A stretch of 64,000 nucleotides of DNA. It comes from Macrostomum lignano (Eukaryota). Below, in pieces: positions 26,280 through 39,052 of this stretch; position 1 is the first letter of the stretch; each line of letters begins with the position of its first letter. Both the position numbers and the translations under genes were made by a program. The notes under the pieces were generated by a model that did no database searches, was not told the DNA's origin, and saw only the letters and a list, made by a program, of their open reading frames with translations. The stretch lies in the NCBI GenBank assembly GCA_002269645.1, contig NIVC01001221.1:62001-126000 (forward strand), in the 5' to 3' direction.

Positions 26280-28559
26280 CTCATGTGAGCAGCAGCAGAA
26301 AACCGAAACTGGTAGAATGCAGGTCCACCGGTCAACAGCTCCTGCATCTTGTCAGTGGTGACCAAATGTCCAGTAGAAAAGTTTCCAACACGGTTGGGAT
26401 TCCTGGGAGATAGATTGTTAGTGCAAATAATATAATTTTTAAGTAGTAGTAGTAATAGTAGCACTTATTAAGTAACATAAGAAATACGTAACCTAAAGTC
26501 AACAAGTACGAGTGCGTAGTTCATATGAAAAAATACTCACATAAGTAGGTGCGCATCAGCAATAAAGAAATTTTTTGACAGTCGATATTGACGCTTCTGC
26601 AGATTAAACTCGAAACAGGGTTCGCAGTATACAATGGTACTCTCACCACTGGGTGCTGAACGTAGATATTGACAAGCCAGTAGCTCTGCCATATTTCGGG
26701 CTTGAATAATCGGGGTTGCCCGTTGCCGTGAATCGCTAGACTGGCCTTGGAGTGTAGCTTGCGAGACAGTAAAGTTAATGAATAACTGTAGCAGTTTATC
26801 AATCTTTTGTTCGGCCTTGCCTTCGGACTTTAAATAGTCACAACAATTACAGTTGCAAGCTGGACCATCGACTCGACCATCAGATACTGCGGGTGTTGAC
26901 ATTGGAGCAGCGAAGCTCATGTCCAAACTCCCTAGCGAGATGTGCAGATTCTGCTGTTCCAAGAAACTGGAACCCGTTTAAGGCAACTGCTGGCGGCACC
27001 CGGATGTTAATGCAGTTGCTGCTGACTGCTGCAATAGAGTCCCGTCGGCTGGTGTCGCCATCTGCTTCAGCTGGTGGTGTTGCTGCAGCTACACCAGCTG
27101 GTGTTGCACTCGCTGTGTGCTGCGGCAGCCCTACACCAGCTGGTGTTGCACTCGCTGTCTGCTGCAGCAGCCCTACATCAGCTGGAGTTGCACTCGCTGT
27201 CTGCTGCGGCAGCCCTGCATCAGCTGGTGTTGCGCTCGCTGTCTCGCTTTGCCTTTGCCTCAGGAGGCGGCGGACGTCATGAGTGTCAGGCCGTGCAAAC
27301 TGCAGCATGATTTGGCCATCCTTGTGTCTCCTTTAAAGTTTGTCAAAATAATACAAAGTAGTTAAGGTATTGCTGTATTGCTACTTACAAAGTTTTCTGA
27401 CATGATTTACTTAATGAATAACTACAATTCTTTAAAAAAACCAGTAAGATATCTTAAAAAGAACATAAATTTAACCTGCTCAAATATATAAAAGTTTTTT
27501 CTTCATATTTCAATTCAAATTATAAACATAGACTGTACTGTTGTTTGTGTCTGTTCAGTCTTACTAATACTATCTTAGCAAGTAGCTAAGTTTGACCTTT
27601 AACAGGCAAAAGTGAATAGATGGGGTATAATCAATTACCTGGACAAGTAACGTTTACGTGAATTAGCATCATTGCAAAATATTGTACAGTATTTCAGCTC
27701 CACACCAGCCTCCAGACAGGAAATGCAGTAGTGAGTGTCCTTTAAATTTCGGCCAGTATTGACGGCTTTAGCCTTTTGCTTAGGCTGCGTGCTAGCTCTC
27801 ACTCTCAGTACTGCCAGTGCCATCGACATTTGGCTCTTAGGTGCAGCAGGTGCTAAAGACAACTGTCCAAGTCAAAGTGCATTCAAATTCCAACCTGGTT
27901 TTGAATGTTCTGATGATGATTTGTCACCTTGACCTTTGTGACTCGTTAAAGTTGAAGCTCCTTATTGAAAATTAAATTAGAAATCCATAAGTTAGATTTT
28001 ATTAGAAATTATATTTATACTTAACTTAAGATTCTTTCTAGACTAGACTTAGACTCATCACTCATTATGTCATATAAGTCATAAGTGTTAGACTTAACTT
28101 AAGCTAAGATAGATTAGTACTTAGTATAATAGTATTAGTATTTAGAAGGTAGACTTCAAATTTTACATTAATACTTGATCCCAATAACCCAATTAACTAA
28201 TGAAAAATGAAATGTTTAGTGTTTAGGCATTAGGTCCCATTCCCAAACTTAACTTAAAAAAACTTAAACTTAAAAAAAAACTAAAAAAAACTTAAAAAAA
28301 TGTTTAAACTTACCTGTCGCTGTCACAACTACATCATTATCCTCTTCAGCTGCTTCAGCAATACTATTAGCAATAGCAACTTCAGCAACTTCAGCCTGTT
28401 TAGAATCAGCTCCAGCTTCAAGATTTGAACTAACGTTAAATTGAGGATTAGAAACAGTGGAGTCTAAGCTTTCGCTATCGCTATCGCTTTCAGTTTCAGT
28501 TTCAGCAGAGCTTGATGTTCAACTCGTGGTCTTTTTCTACTAGTAGACCTACTTGACAT
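26280..28559 (-). pseudogene. Decayed spliced gene with a BED-type zinc finger; probable 5' half of a hAT-like transposase
   Basis: Phase-consistent exons 28559-28314, 27960-27639, 27330-26541 and 26402-about 26280, with GT-AG introns. The spliced product has CISC...SRKR(Y)LSRRH (BED finger) and VYCEPC...GNFSTGH...AAAH (second zinc-finger-like motif). Frameshifts near 28518 and 26965; stop near 27875. Confidence 0.65.
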
Positions 28560-28959
28560 TGTGCTTTCAGCTTTACAGAGTTTGACAGAAACTTAAACTT
28601 TTAACTTTAGTCTTAACTTTCATCTTTATGCCAGTCAGTTTCAGTTAGCAAATAATCAGTTAATAAGTTAGCATTAATCAGAAATCAGTTAATAGTTAAC
28701 GAAAAATGGAGCATATCGCAATTTAAATAGTTACACCTATGTTATATATATCCCTGTTATACTGCAAGCAAGTAAAATATATATTATGCCTCTAGCAGCA
28801 GGTTTTATTAGAATTTTTTAAATTATTCAATAGAACAATAGATAGGAGTATATTTTGTTAAAGTGAATGTATTTCTAACATAAATTCCATTTTTTAAATT
28901 ATCGTGCAAGTTCCTAAAAAATACCGATGTTTATGTACATTACATTGCAAGTTGCAACA

Positions 28960-29297
28960 GCAACAGCGTGTACGCCACTCACGCCAATAGGTAGGGCCCA
29001 ATTTTTTGGTTGTACGCCAATGTACGCCAGTAGGGTTAGCAAGGGGGCCATGATCCAGACTATGGGCAGCATCCAGTGCAGCTTATTTCGCTGCTCCAGG
29101 GTGATGTTCTGGCCATCCTGCTGCTGTTAAGACCGCATTGTCGCATAGAACGACTCAACTATGGCCTCTAGGATTAAAAAATAAAAATAAGTGTAAAAAA
29201 GATTTCAAAAAGTAAAAAATGTGTATGCCAAGTGTACGCCAAAAGTCGTGAGTGTATGCCGGATTAATCCGGCGTACCACCCCTCTTCCGGACTATG
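28960..29297 (-). mobile_element. Putative transposon 5' terminus with GTACGCC subterminal repeats
   Basis: Multiple (T)GTACGCC/GTATGCC motifs ending in CTTCCGGACTATG, about 740 bp upstream of the BED-finger gene start. A similar sequence lies in opposite orientation at 15115. Confidence 0.45.
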
Positions 29298-30892
29298 GGG
29301 CTTTTCAACACCACTCCCAATTCTGGGCTTTACTCTAGGAAATAAATAAGTCTTTAAAAGTTTTGCAAATAAGATTTTTATAAAACTAAATTGGCTATTG
29401 TTACAGGGGTTCTGCTTCCCTCTTTAGCTATTCCATTAATGCCACCAAGTTGTACTAGGGGTGATTGCTCTTACTGAAATTATCCCTCCGCTGACACCAA
29501 AGTTGTACTAGGGCTATTTCTTCTGTCTCTACAAATGTTGGTAGCTGCCACCAAGACAATTCTATTAATAAATGGTAAGTTCTTTAATCTTAAAAAAAGC
29601 TGAGAAATGTTTCTGAGTATTTATCTATGTATTTATCTGAGCATATGTCTAAGTATTTGGTCTGTGAATCTAGTGTCTCTAGTGTTTCTAGTGTCTCAAG
29701 TGTCTCTAGTGTTTTTAGCACCAATTCAAATTGCACTGAATGATCAATATTTAGGTTCCACACAAATAAATAACGCTAAAACAACTAGTCTCATATATTT
29801 CAATGTCCCAATGACAGGACTCAATGGTAGCAAATGGCCTAAGCGGCGCAGTCCTGGCACTGACAAATGTCTGCGCTTGAGCGTGTCTGAGTTTAGCTCT
29901 CAGAGAGCCCTAACTTCTACTAAACTAATAGCTATGTCTCGCGCAGATAAGCGTCGAGGAATAGGTCTACGTGCCTGAAGCAGCAATAGACTCACGCTAA
30001 CTAAGCTATCAGCTATTCCTTAGAATCGCGCACGAGTGCTGTGACTGCACACTCACTCTCACTTATTCGCGCCTGTGTCGCGAATAGACATTAGCAGAAT
30101 GGCTTCAGCCAACTGATTTCCTGCCAAAAGAGTAGGCTGGAAAAATCAGAGCTATAGCACTAGCAGTGCTCTACCAAAACCTGCTCAGGAGCGTGCTTTC
30201 TGCATCAGCGCTGCAATGCTCTTCCAAGACCTGCTCAGGAGCTTGCGGCTGCTTCTAGCGATGCTTTGCTCTACTCAAACCTGTTTAGGAGCTTTGCTTC
30301 GCTGTTAACTAGCACTAGAGCGCTTACTCGGAGATAGCTCTCAACGAGTCTGACCAGCGGTCAAAACGGTTCTGAGGAAAAATTGAGACAGACAGGCCTG
30401 CATTCGTTAATATAGAACGCGGAGGGTGGAGCGTTTTGGCATTCCGTGGCTTGACCATGGAACAGCAGCCCGAAAAGTGCGGATAATGATGCACAACAGA
30501 TATTAAACTATACAAGAACAAGAACAAGCCAAGAACTATACAGGCAGCAAGTTTAACGGAAAACCAATTTAAGTATTTATGCACTTTCTGCAGTCCGTCT
30601 AGACTGTGTTGTATATTGCAAAGGCATGCTAGTCTAAATAACGGCGGCAAGGAATGAGTAAGTTAGTAATCCTGAAGTACAAGTTCGTAGCAAGGTTTTA
30701 CAAATTGTAGATACATCTAGACTGCGCATATCTCTAATTCCCCAATCCGGTATGTTCTGAACTTCTGTCCCAGTATACAGGTGGTATACAGTTACTACAG
30801 CAATCGTTAGGTAAGTACATGTAAGTGACTGCAGCAAGGTTTTTTAATGTTTTCAGTATGCCATTTGTTGTATTCCCGAATGCAACAAAATC

Positions 30893-31050
30893 AGTTTTAG
30901 CGCAGCAGACACTTATTTTAGCGCCGCCGGCAGTCATTTTAGCGCCACAGTCACTCATTTTAGCGCCGCAGACACTCATTTTAGCGCCGCAGGCACTCCT
31001 TTTAGCGCCGCAGGCACTCCTTTTAGCTCCACAGGCACTCATTTTAGCAC
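30893..31050. repeat. 20-bp minisatellite (TTTTAGCGCCGCAGACACTC-like), related in reverse to 19233-20085
   Basis: Direct reading. Confidence 0.85.
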
Positions 31051-32339
31051 TAAAAGTAAGCACTGGTATTTTGGCCTTAGAAAAGAATACCGACAGGCAA
31101 CTCATTTTTATTATATAAGATACAGACAACTCATTTTTAGGATATACGAGTATAGGATGCCCGGCGCTTCAGCTTGGCCGGCTCTTACGCCACTATGTAT
31201 TATTATATTTCAAATATTTTTACAGTATTGGTTACAGTTTGTATATAATGGTGTGCGAGTAATAAAGCAGTGCATCAATATAAATAAATCGAAGTACAGT
31301 ATAAAATAAATCGAATAAAAGTAGAGAATTGATATTTGAAAACTGATATGTATTGAATTGTGAAATAGGATTTGACATTATGGAATTAAAAGATATCTCA
31401 GTTATTAGGCAATAAAATATTGATTACTATTGTGATGGATTTAAGTAGTAAAAATAGTTTACAGGTATTGTCATAAATACAGAGTAATAAGTGACAGTGG
31501 ATATCAGTTAATTGCTCATTAATTGGTAACGTATGTAAACAGTCAACATTCAATGTAAATTTATAGCGTAGCATGACTAGAGAGCTTTATGGTAGCTATA
31601 GCGAAGATATTAAAATTGTCAATGTTAGTCAGTTAAATCTGTTTTCACTGAACTAAAGTTACTAAACCAATAATTAAACTGGTTTTAAATAAGCATTCAT
31701 ATGCTTCTCACTTTCAACTCGTTTTGCTATGGTGACAAAAGTATCCAGGTATCCAGGTGCAGATTTGTGGTGCCCCTATGGCATCGCAGCGGCCAGGCCA
31801 TAGGCGTTAAATATCCTGGGCCCCAGGTCCGGCTAGATTAAAAACCCGGCAGCCCAGAGCTTCGGCAACGGCAGAGCGCGCTCGAAGCCCTCGTAGCGAT
31901 CGGGCAGAATCTGAATGAGAGTGCAAAATGTTTTTAACTGGTTAGTTTTGTCTTCGTTACATATTGCTGAAGATTCTGGAGGGTAAAGACCCAGGGTGGA
32001 TTCTGGAGGGTATTTGCTTAAGACGAACGAGTCAATTGTGGATGGAATGTACTTATCTGTTGTAGTAGGATGCAATAACTCGTAGGATGGTAGGATGCAG
32101 TGCCGCCAAGTATCAGAACGTAGCCGAGTGGCCAAACCAAGGCTGCTGGGGTGCTGGAATTGAACTTAATTGGTTGCATTGAACAGCAGTCCTAAGTAAT
32201 ATTTTTTTAATGTAAATCGTAACAGTGTGCAATGTTTTTTTACTGATTACAACTTGCCAAGCTTATACTATGGTATGATCAATAAATAAGGAAGAAATTG
32301 AAGGCAAAGATTTTTAATCCAAAAAGGGGGCTGGGTAAG

Positions 32340-32712
32340 AACCCTCGGGGCGAACCATTTTATTTAAAACAAAACAAAATAACGCACTCCAAACCATTTC
32401 GCCCCGAGGGTTCATATCTGATTGTAGGGAAAGTTCTCGGAATTGTCTGTCTGTCTGTCCTTCTGTGTGTCTGTATGTATGTCTGTATCGGTTCGCCTGC
32501 CTGTCAGTCTGTCTGTCCTTCTGTATGTCTGTCTGTATCGGTCTGTCTGCCTGTCTGTCCTTCTGTATGTCTGTCTGTCCTTCTGTATGTCTGCCTGTCT
32601 CTCGGCCTGTCTGTCTGTCTGTCTGTGTCTGTATGTATGTCTGTATCGGTTCGCCTGCCTGTCAGTCTGTTAAAATGTTAAAAAATTCCGAAAACTCTCC
32701 CCACAATCAGAT
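32340..32712. mobile_element. (TCTG)n/(TATG)n microsatellite bracketed by inverted repeats, plus an adjacent stem-loop; HINE/DINE-1-like architecture
   Basis: 15-bp perfect IR at 32340-32354 and 32398-32412; 26/29 IR at 32416-32444 and 32684-32712 around the microsatellite. Confidence 0.5.
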
Positions 32713-32774
32713 AGCCCAGCCCACCCAGCGCAATTTTACACAATTTTACAATTTTACGCAAAGTTTTTAAAGCC

Positions 32775-32915
32775 GCAGGCCGCTGCTGCGGAGGCGCCGA
32801 ATGCGGCGGCGCTGAGCCAGCGGCGGCGGTGGTGGCGGTGGCGCCGGTGGTGGTGGCGGTGGCGCCGGTGGTGGTGGCGGTGGCGCCGGCGGTGGTGGCG
32901 CCGGCGGCGGTGGCA
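32775..32915. repeat. GC-rich (GGCGGTGGT)-type trinucleotide tract
   Basis: Direct reading. Confidence 0.85.
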
Positions 32916-35900
32916 CTTGATCCTGATCCTGATCCATCTGGAAAAGAAACCAGAGTTGAGTGAAAAAAACCATTTTTCGCACCATCTTGAAACCATAATG
33001 ATGAATTGCGTCACTTAAAACATGATGCTAGTGTATGTCTAGAAACCATAGTGCACATGTCCTCCTCATACTAATTTTAGTAGCCTACTCTTCCTAGTTG
33101 TCTCGCAGGTCACTCAGATACTCAGGGTGAACCTCCTGGATTTAAAGGTCTGTGTTCAGTATATTGCTTGTGTATAGGAAAAATTTGTGTGCTTTGGGAG
33201 CACTAGAAACGGTGGGAAAGAGAAAAGTGGATGGCTATGTAATCCTACTAAATTAGTTACGCCATGAAGATTTTAACATTAAGATTCGCATAAGGTAATT
33301 TTTTAAATCTAAATGGCCTCCTAAAAATGCATGTTTCCTTGGTTGTTACACTGCCGCAGACTGTGATGGAGCTGGAGATACACAAATTCCTCTTAGGGCT
33401 GCTGATTGATTAGTTTCAATATTTAAGTTTTAATTTCAAGTTGAAATAGGAAGTTTCAACTCTGTAACTCAACCGAAAAAGAAACTGTAAGCATGTGAAG
33501 TTTGTCTGCTTTTTCTGTTGTTTTGCCACTCACTCACTCATTCCCCCAGCCCAGACGAGGGGTCAGGCGATAGGGCTGAATGTACATAGCAAATGTACCG
33601 TGTTTTAGAATAACTTTTTAATAGCCTTCTGTGTACCCCGCGCGTGGAAAGGCTACGTTTAGCCATGACAGTTTAGTGAGAAATTCTAACCACTGTCCTC
33701 TGTATTGGCAAACTCTGCAGCAGTTTAACAGTGGATGGCAAATCGAGGGAATTCAGCATGGTTTGTGAAAAGGCGATGCAATGCAATACAACCCTACTAA
33801 ATTAGTCACACCATGGAAATTTTAGGTTTCTCTTAAAAGTACTTTGAATTTTAAATTTCCTCCTAAGAAATGCGTATTTCCTTTGTTGTTAAACTGCTGC
33901 AGACTGCAGTGGAGATGAAAATACACAAATTCCTTTCAGGACTGCAAATTGGCAAGAAAGAAGACATGATCAAAGCATGAGAACAGCCATGAGAGTACTA
34001 AGAGAGGAAAGAAGACGGGAGAGAGAGCAGAGGAGAGACAACGGGAGAGAAGTGGAGTAAGACAGACACTAAGAAAGACATTGGGACAGACACTAAGATA
34101 GACACTAGGATAGATAACAGATATGACAGAAATAACTATATATAGCTTATTACTAAATATATATATATAGCTTATTATGAACTGTAAATATCCACCTATA
34201 ATAAATGTCTAAGTCTGTTATAACTAAATGCGCATAGCTTAAAACTCACTATATATGCTTATAACTAAGCAAATATTGGTTATTATGAAGCGTATTATCA
34301 GAGTAAGACTCTAGGAAGTCGAACAATTTTAAAGTTCAAAATGCCATCCACAATTTGTGCAAGCGAAAATCACAATCAAAAAAACGTGGCGCCAAGTCTT
34401 ATGACGCTCGTTAAAAGATTAATCTAATATATTCCATTGAAAAAACTTGATATCGTGCGCTTGCAGCAAAACTGAATTTTACTAAGAATTATTCAAACAG
34501 TGGCATTTTCGCTTTAAAATTATTCGATTCCTTGAACTTACCTGTATTTAAAGACAAATTAAAAATAACCAAGTATAGCCGTTAAGCTTGCGCTCAAATA
34601 TTTATACTCTATGCAGGCCTATGCTTAAAATGAGACAAGGATAGAATTTTCTTTCCAGCTCTTTATATAAGCTCCTTGATACTGGTGAATAAAGCCACAA
34701 ATTAACTTACACCGTGGGTGGTGGCCGTCGTTGAATCAAAAAGCGAGAGGCTCATTAATCAAAGGGAGGGGTTGGCTTGCCTAACTCACCGTGGGAGAAT
34801 TCTCATTGGCCCGCGTGCTCAGTTTTGGGGTGGGTGTAGAACGGTGGCCCTCTCTCAATGTACGATAACTCCTAGTAGGCTGCTTGCAAGTCAGCGTTCA
34901 AACTTTTATGGGAAAACTATTCGACTATATATAATATACTAGAATTTAGAATTAGAATTTATAATGTATATTAGTACATATAGAATATATACGAGCGTAT
35001 GGTCAGACACACAAGACAGACAAATCTGCTGGCTCATCAGTTCAAGTGCTTGGAAGGTCAGTTTGTCATTGTGGGGGGACAGAATACTCTCAAGTCGCAA
35101 TCAGATAGCTCGTAGTAGGACAGTAGTTGAATTCCTTACTGTACTGTCATGGCTTAACGTTACCAGAGAAGGCTATAAAAAATTATTTCAACTTTCCCTC
35201 ACAGTTATCCCTATCACCTGATCCTTGTCTGGGGGAATGAGTGAGTGCAGTAGCACAAACAACAAAAAGCAGACAAACTTCACATGCCTACAGTTTCTGT
35301 TCTAACTGAAGTACAAAGTTGAGACTTTATATTTAGACAGAGAATGAGTCAATAAAGAATTGTATAAAGTTTGAAGTCAATCGCTGTATACGTGGAGCAA
35401 ACTTGTGTCAGCTAAAAGTTATTCAATTTTAAACCCCTTTCACGCATCTGTCTAGTGGCCAGGAAGGAGAGAGACGGAGGTTGGGGTGGCTGTCTCGCTG
35501 ACGAAAAGCAGACTAACTTTAAAAGTACACAGTGCCGTTCAGAATTAACTTAGAGACTCGAAACTTTATACGATTGTGTCAAAATAGTTGTTCAAATAGT
35601 TGTGTCAAAAAGTACAAAGTTTGGACTTTATATTTCGACAAATAATAAGTCATTGAAGAATTGTATAAAGTTTGGAGTCAATGGCTGTATACGTGGAGCA
35701 AACTTAATTGAATTCAATTGAATCTGGAATCTGAGATCTGGAATCTGAAATCTGAGATTTAAGATCTGAGATCTGGGATCTGGAATCTGAGATCTGGGAT
35801 CTGGAACCTGAAAACTATGATCTGAGATCTGGATCCTGGAATCTGAAATATACGTGGAGCATACTTGTGTCAGCTGAAAGTTAGTCAATTTTAAACCCCT

Positions 35901-35994
35901 TTCACACATCTGTCTAGTGGCCAGGAAGGAGAGAGACGGAGGTTGGGGTGGCTGTCTTGCTGACGAAAAGCAGACTAACTTTAAAAGCTTTAAA

Positions 35995-36545
35995 AGCGCG
36001 GGAAAGCTCGAATTGGCGCCGGAAGCTAAATTTGGCGCCAGGATCCCCAAATTGGCGCCAGGAACCCCAAATCAACTCAAGAAGGCCCAAACCAGCCCTA
36101 GAAAGCTCAAACTAGCCCTGGAAAGCTCAAACTAGCGCTGGAAAGCTCAAATTGGCGCGGGAAAGCTCGAATTGGCGCCGGAAGCTAAATTTGGCGCCAG
36201 GATCCCCAAATTGGCGCCAGGATCGCCGAATCAGCGCTGAAATGCTGAAATCAGCGCGAGAGGACCCAAACTAGCCCTGGAAAGCTCAAACTAGCGCTGG
36301 AAAGCTCAAATTGGCGCAGGAAAGCTCGAATTGGCGCCGGAAGCTAAATTTGGCGCCAGGATCCCCAAATTGGCGCCAGGAACCCCAAATCAACTCAAGA
36401 AGGCCCAAACCAGCCCTAGGAAGCTCAAACTAGCCCTGGAAAGCTCAAAGTAGCGCTGGAAAGCTCAAATTGGCGCGGGAAAGCTCGAATTGGCGCCGGA
36501 AGATAAATTTGGCGCCAGGATCCCCAAATTGGCGCCAGGATCGCC
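35995..36545. repeat. Compound 20-bp minisatellite (AAATTGGCGCCAGGATCCCC / GGAAAGCTCAAACTAGCCCT) with larger repeated blocks
   Basis: Direct reading; blocks starting near 36000, 36160, 36320 and 36480 recur. Confidence 0.9.
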
Positions 36546-37994
36546 GAATCTGTCTGTCTGCCCGTTTATTTGTTCTTCTCCGTGTTTTTCTGTCTCTCTG
36601 TGTGTCTGTACAGGTGTCTGGACTGTACATGTATGTGTCCAAAAAATTAAATTTTGTGTGTTGAAAAACAAATGGTGTCCTATGGCAACTTACCAATGAT
36701 GGAAGGGCTGGCCGCCTCGCCCTCGTCCCCCGCCTCGCCCTCGTCCCCCGCCTCGCCCTCGTCCCCCGCCTCGCCCTCCGCCCCGCAAGCCGAATCCAGT
36801 ATTTCTGTAAAGTTCAAAAGTCGCAATGTAAGTTTTTTTGAGAGGCGCGCAATTTGTTCTATCAAGATATTTCGGGTGGGGCGGGGATGGGACGTGAATA
36901 AGGTCTCTGATAGCGAGAACATTAGAACCAGAGAACAAGTGTAAGTTTTACTCTGAGAACTGTTGTTTATTTCATTTATAGTAAATTGCTTATTAACTCT
37001 AAACTGCTCAGCTTTTGATGCACAGAGACGTTATACATAAACTATAGTTGTGTTGTGTATGAGGCTATTCTGAGATTAACATGAGGAAATCAGATAGGAA
37101 GATATGACATTCAGGGATAAGGATGTGAGAATCAGGAAATCTGGAGATTCGGGGATGCCTTCTCTGACCAGCTACTCCAAGTAGACAGCTACGAAATGTG
37201 TCGATTTTAGATTTTAGATTTTGGGTTCTGAAGGGGCATCCACTGAAGGATCTGAGGGGGCACCCACTGAAGGACCTGAGGGACCAGCCAGTGCAGCCAC
37301 TGAAGGAACTGCTGGGCATCTAAAAGGTGTTTGACAGTGCTGAGAATTAATGAGGTCTTTAGCATAGAGGGGGAGGGATTTTACACCTGAAAATCTGAAA
37401 TCTCCTACGATCTGCCAGCAGCTTCACTTCTGATCCCTGCAGCCCTATAGCCTTCTTTTGCTAGCCTGCATATGTATAAGGTATCACCCCATGGACTGAT
37501 TTATCTGGACCACATACAAGACTGAGGACTGTGTTGATGGGCCGAGACGAAGCCGATCTAGTTACGATTTAAATCGTAAATGAAAGAAATTAGACTGCAT
37601 ATTTAGGAGTATACATTTTAGCATTCAATATTTGAAAAATATCTTACCCAGCCAGCTGGCCCAGCAGCTGGGCTTGCAGCAGCTGCAAGCGGGCGACGGT
37701 TTGCATCTGGAAATAAATTAATATTTACACAAATAAGCTTGCTGAATTTAATTCTGTGTAATGTAATGTCCTAGGGCCTGACCATCAATCTGAAAGCTCA
37801 GTAAAGCTTATTCTAACTTGAGACTGTGTCTGGAATCTGAGATCTGGAACCTGAAATCTGGAATCTGAGATCTGGGATCTGGAACCTGAAATCTGGAATC
37901 TGAGATCTAGATAGCAAAGATATATATAGAAATGATTTAGGCAGCAAATGCACGTACTAATGTCTCTCTTTTGCGAACGCGGGCCCAGCGGCGG

Positions 37995-38190
37995 CCCGCC
38001 CGCCGTCTGGCAGCCGCCTCCGCCGGTGCTGCCTCCGCCGGTGCTGCCTCCGCCGGAGCCGCCGGAGCCGCCGCCGGCGCTGCCTCCGCCGGAGCCGCCG
38101 CCGGAGCTGCCTCCGGAGCTGCCTCCGGAGCTGCCTCCGGAGCTGCCTCCGCCGCCGCCGGAGCTGCCTCCGCCGCAGCCTCCACCTCGG
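37995..38190. repeat. GC-rich (GCC/GGA) low-complexity tract
   Basis: Direct reading; open in several frames because of periodicity. Confidence 0.8.
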
Positions 38191-39052
38191 CGGCCCAGTC
38201 AACAGGGCCCCTTTTTGGGGCCCTCTTTTTATTTTTTTTGCCATTGCTGCAAATGATTACAGAAATTCTATTATATAAAATTCTAATCCTTTCGAAATTT
38301 ATATTTTTATATACTAAATATGGGAGAAATGGAAGAAGTGACAGATAGGGTGAATAGGGAAAAATGGGAGAGAAGTGACCTATAGGGTGAATAGGGAAAA
38401 GAAATGGGAGAGAAGTGAGAGCTGGGGTGCATTGGGAGATGGGAGAGAGATGATACACGATAGAGGAGGGAGTCAGTAGAAAGAAAGAGGAGACAGAGAA
38501 GAGAAGAGGGAGTTGGAGTCGTGGGAGTTCTAATACACAGGTATTTTCATGAGAAAACAAGACATTAAGAATATATGCACAATATAGGTAATGACTGTTG
38601 TATTTTGTATATTTAAAAGTTTAGAATCCCGGGATCTGAAATCTGAGACTGGGATCTGAGATCTGAAATCTGGGATCTGAGATCTGATATATGAAATCTG
38701 AGATCTGAAATCTGGGAGATCTGGGATTTAACTAGCTATATAATAACTGTGATTGTTAGCCAACCGTGTTTTTGTGAACAGGGTTGTTGCCTCTCCTGCA
38801 CCACGCAGAGGTCATCACAACGCAGGAGTGGGGATCTGGATGTATGCAAAGTGACAATAATTACCCCAGCAAAGTATACAGAATTGATTTGCAAAGTGGG
38901 CAAAGTCACAGCAGTGAACCAGATCTTCTGCCACAGCATTTTCTGCAAAGCGGCCAGTCTTGCAAAGAGACTGAGGATTGCTTTACTGAGTATAACATCA
39001 GTTAAGTTTAAAACAGACAGTTTTTTGGCTCTTAATTCGAATAGATGCATGC

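Noticed and set aside
32754-38560. Pro/Ala/Arg/His-rich ORFs at 32754-33014, 36654-36944 and 37937-38560
   Set aside because: They arise from GC-rich trinucleotide and minisatellite tracts open in multiple frames, with no convincing exon context.
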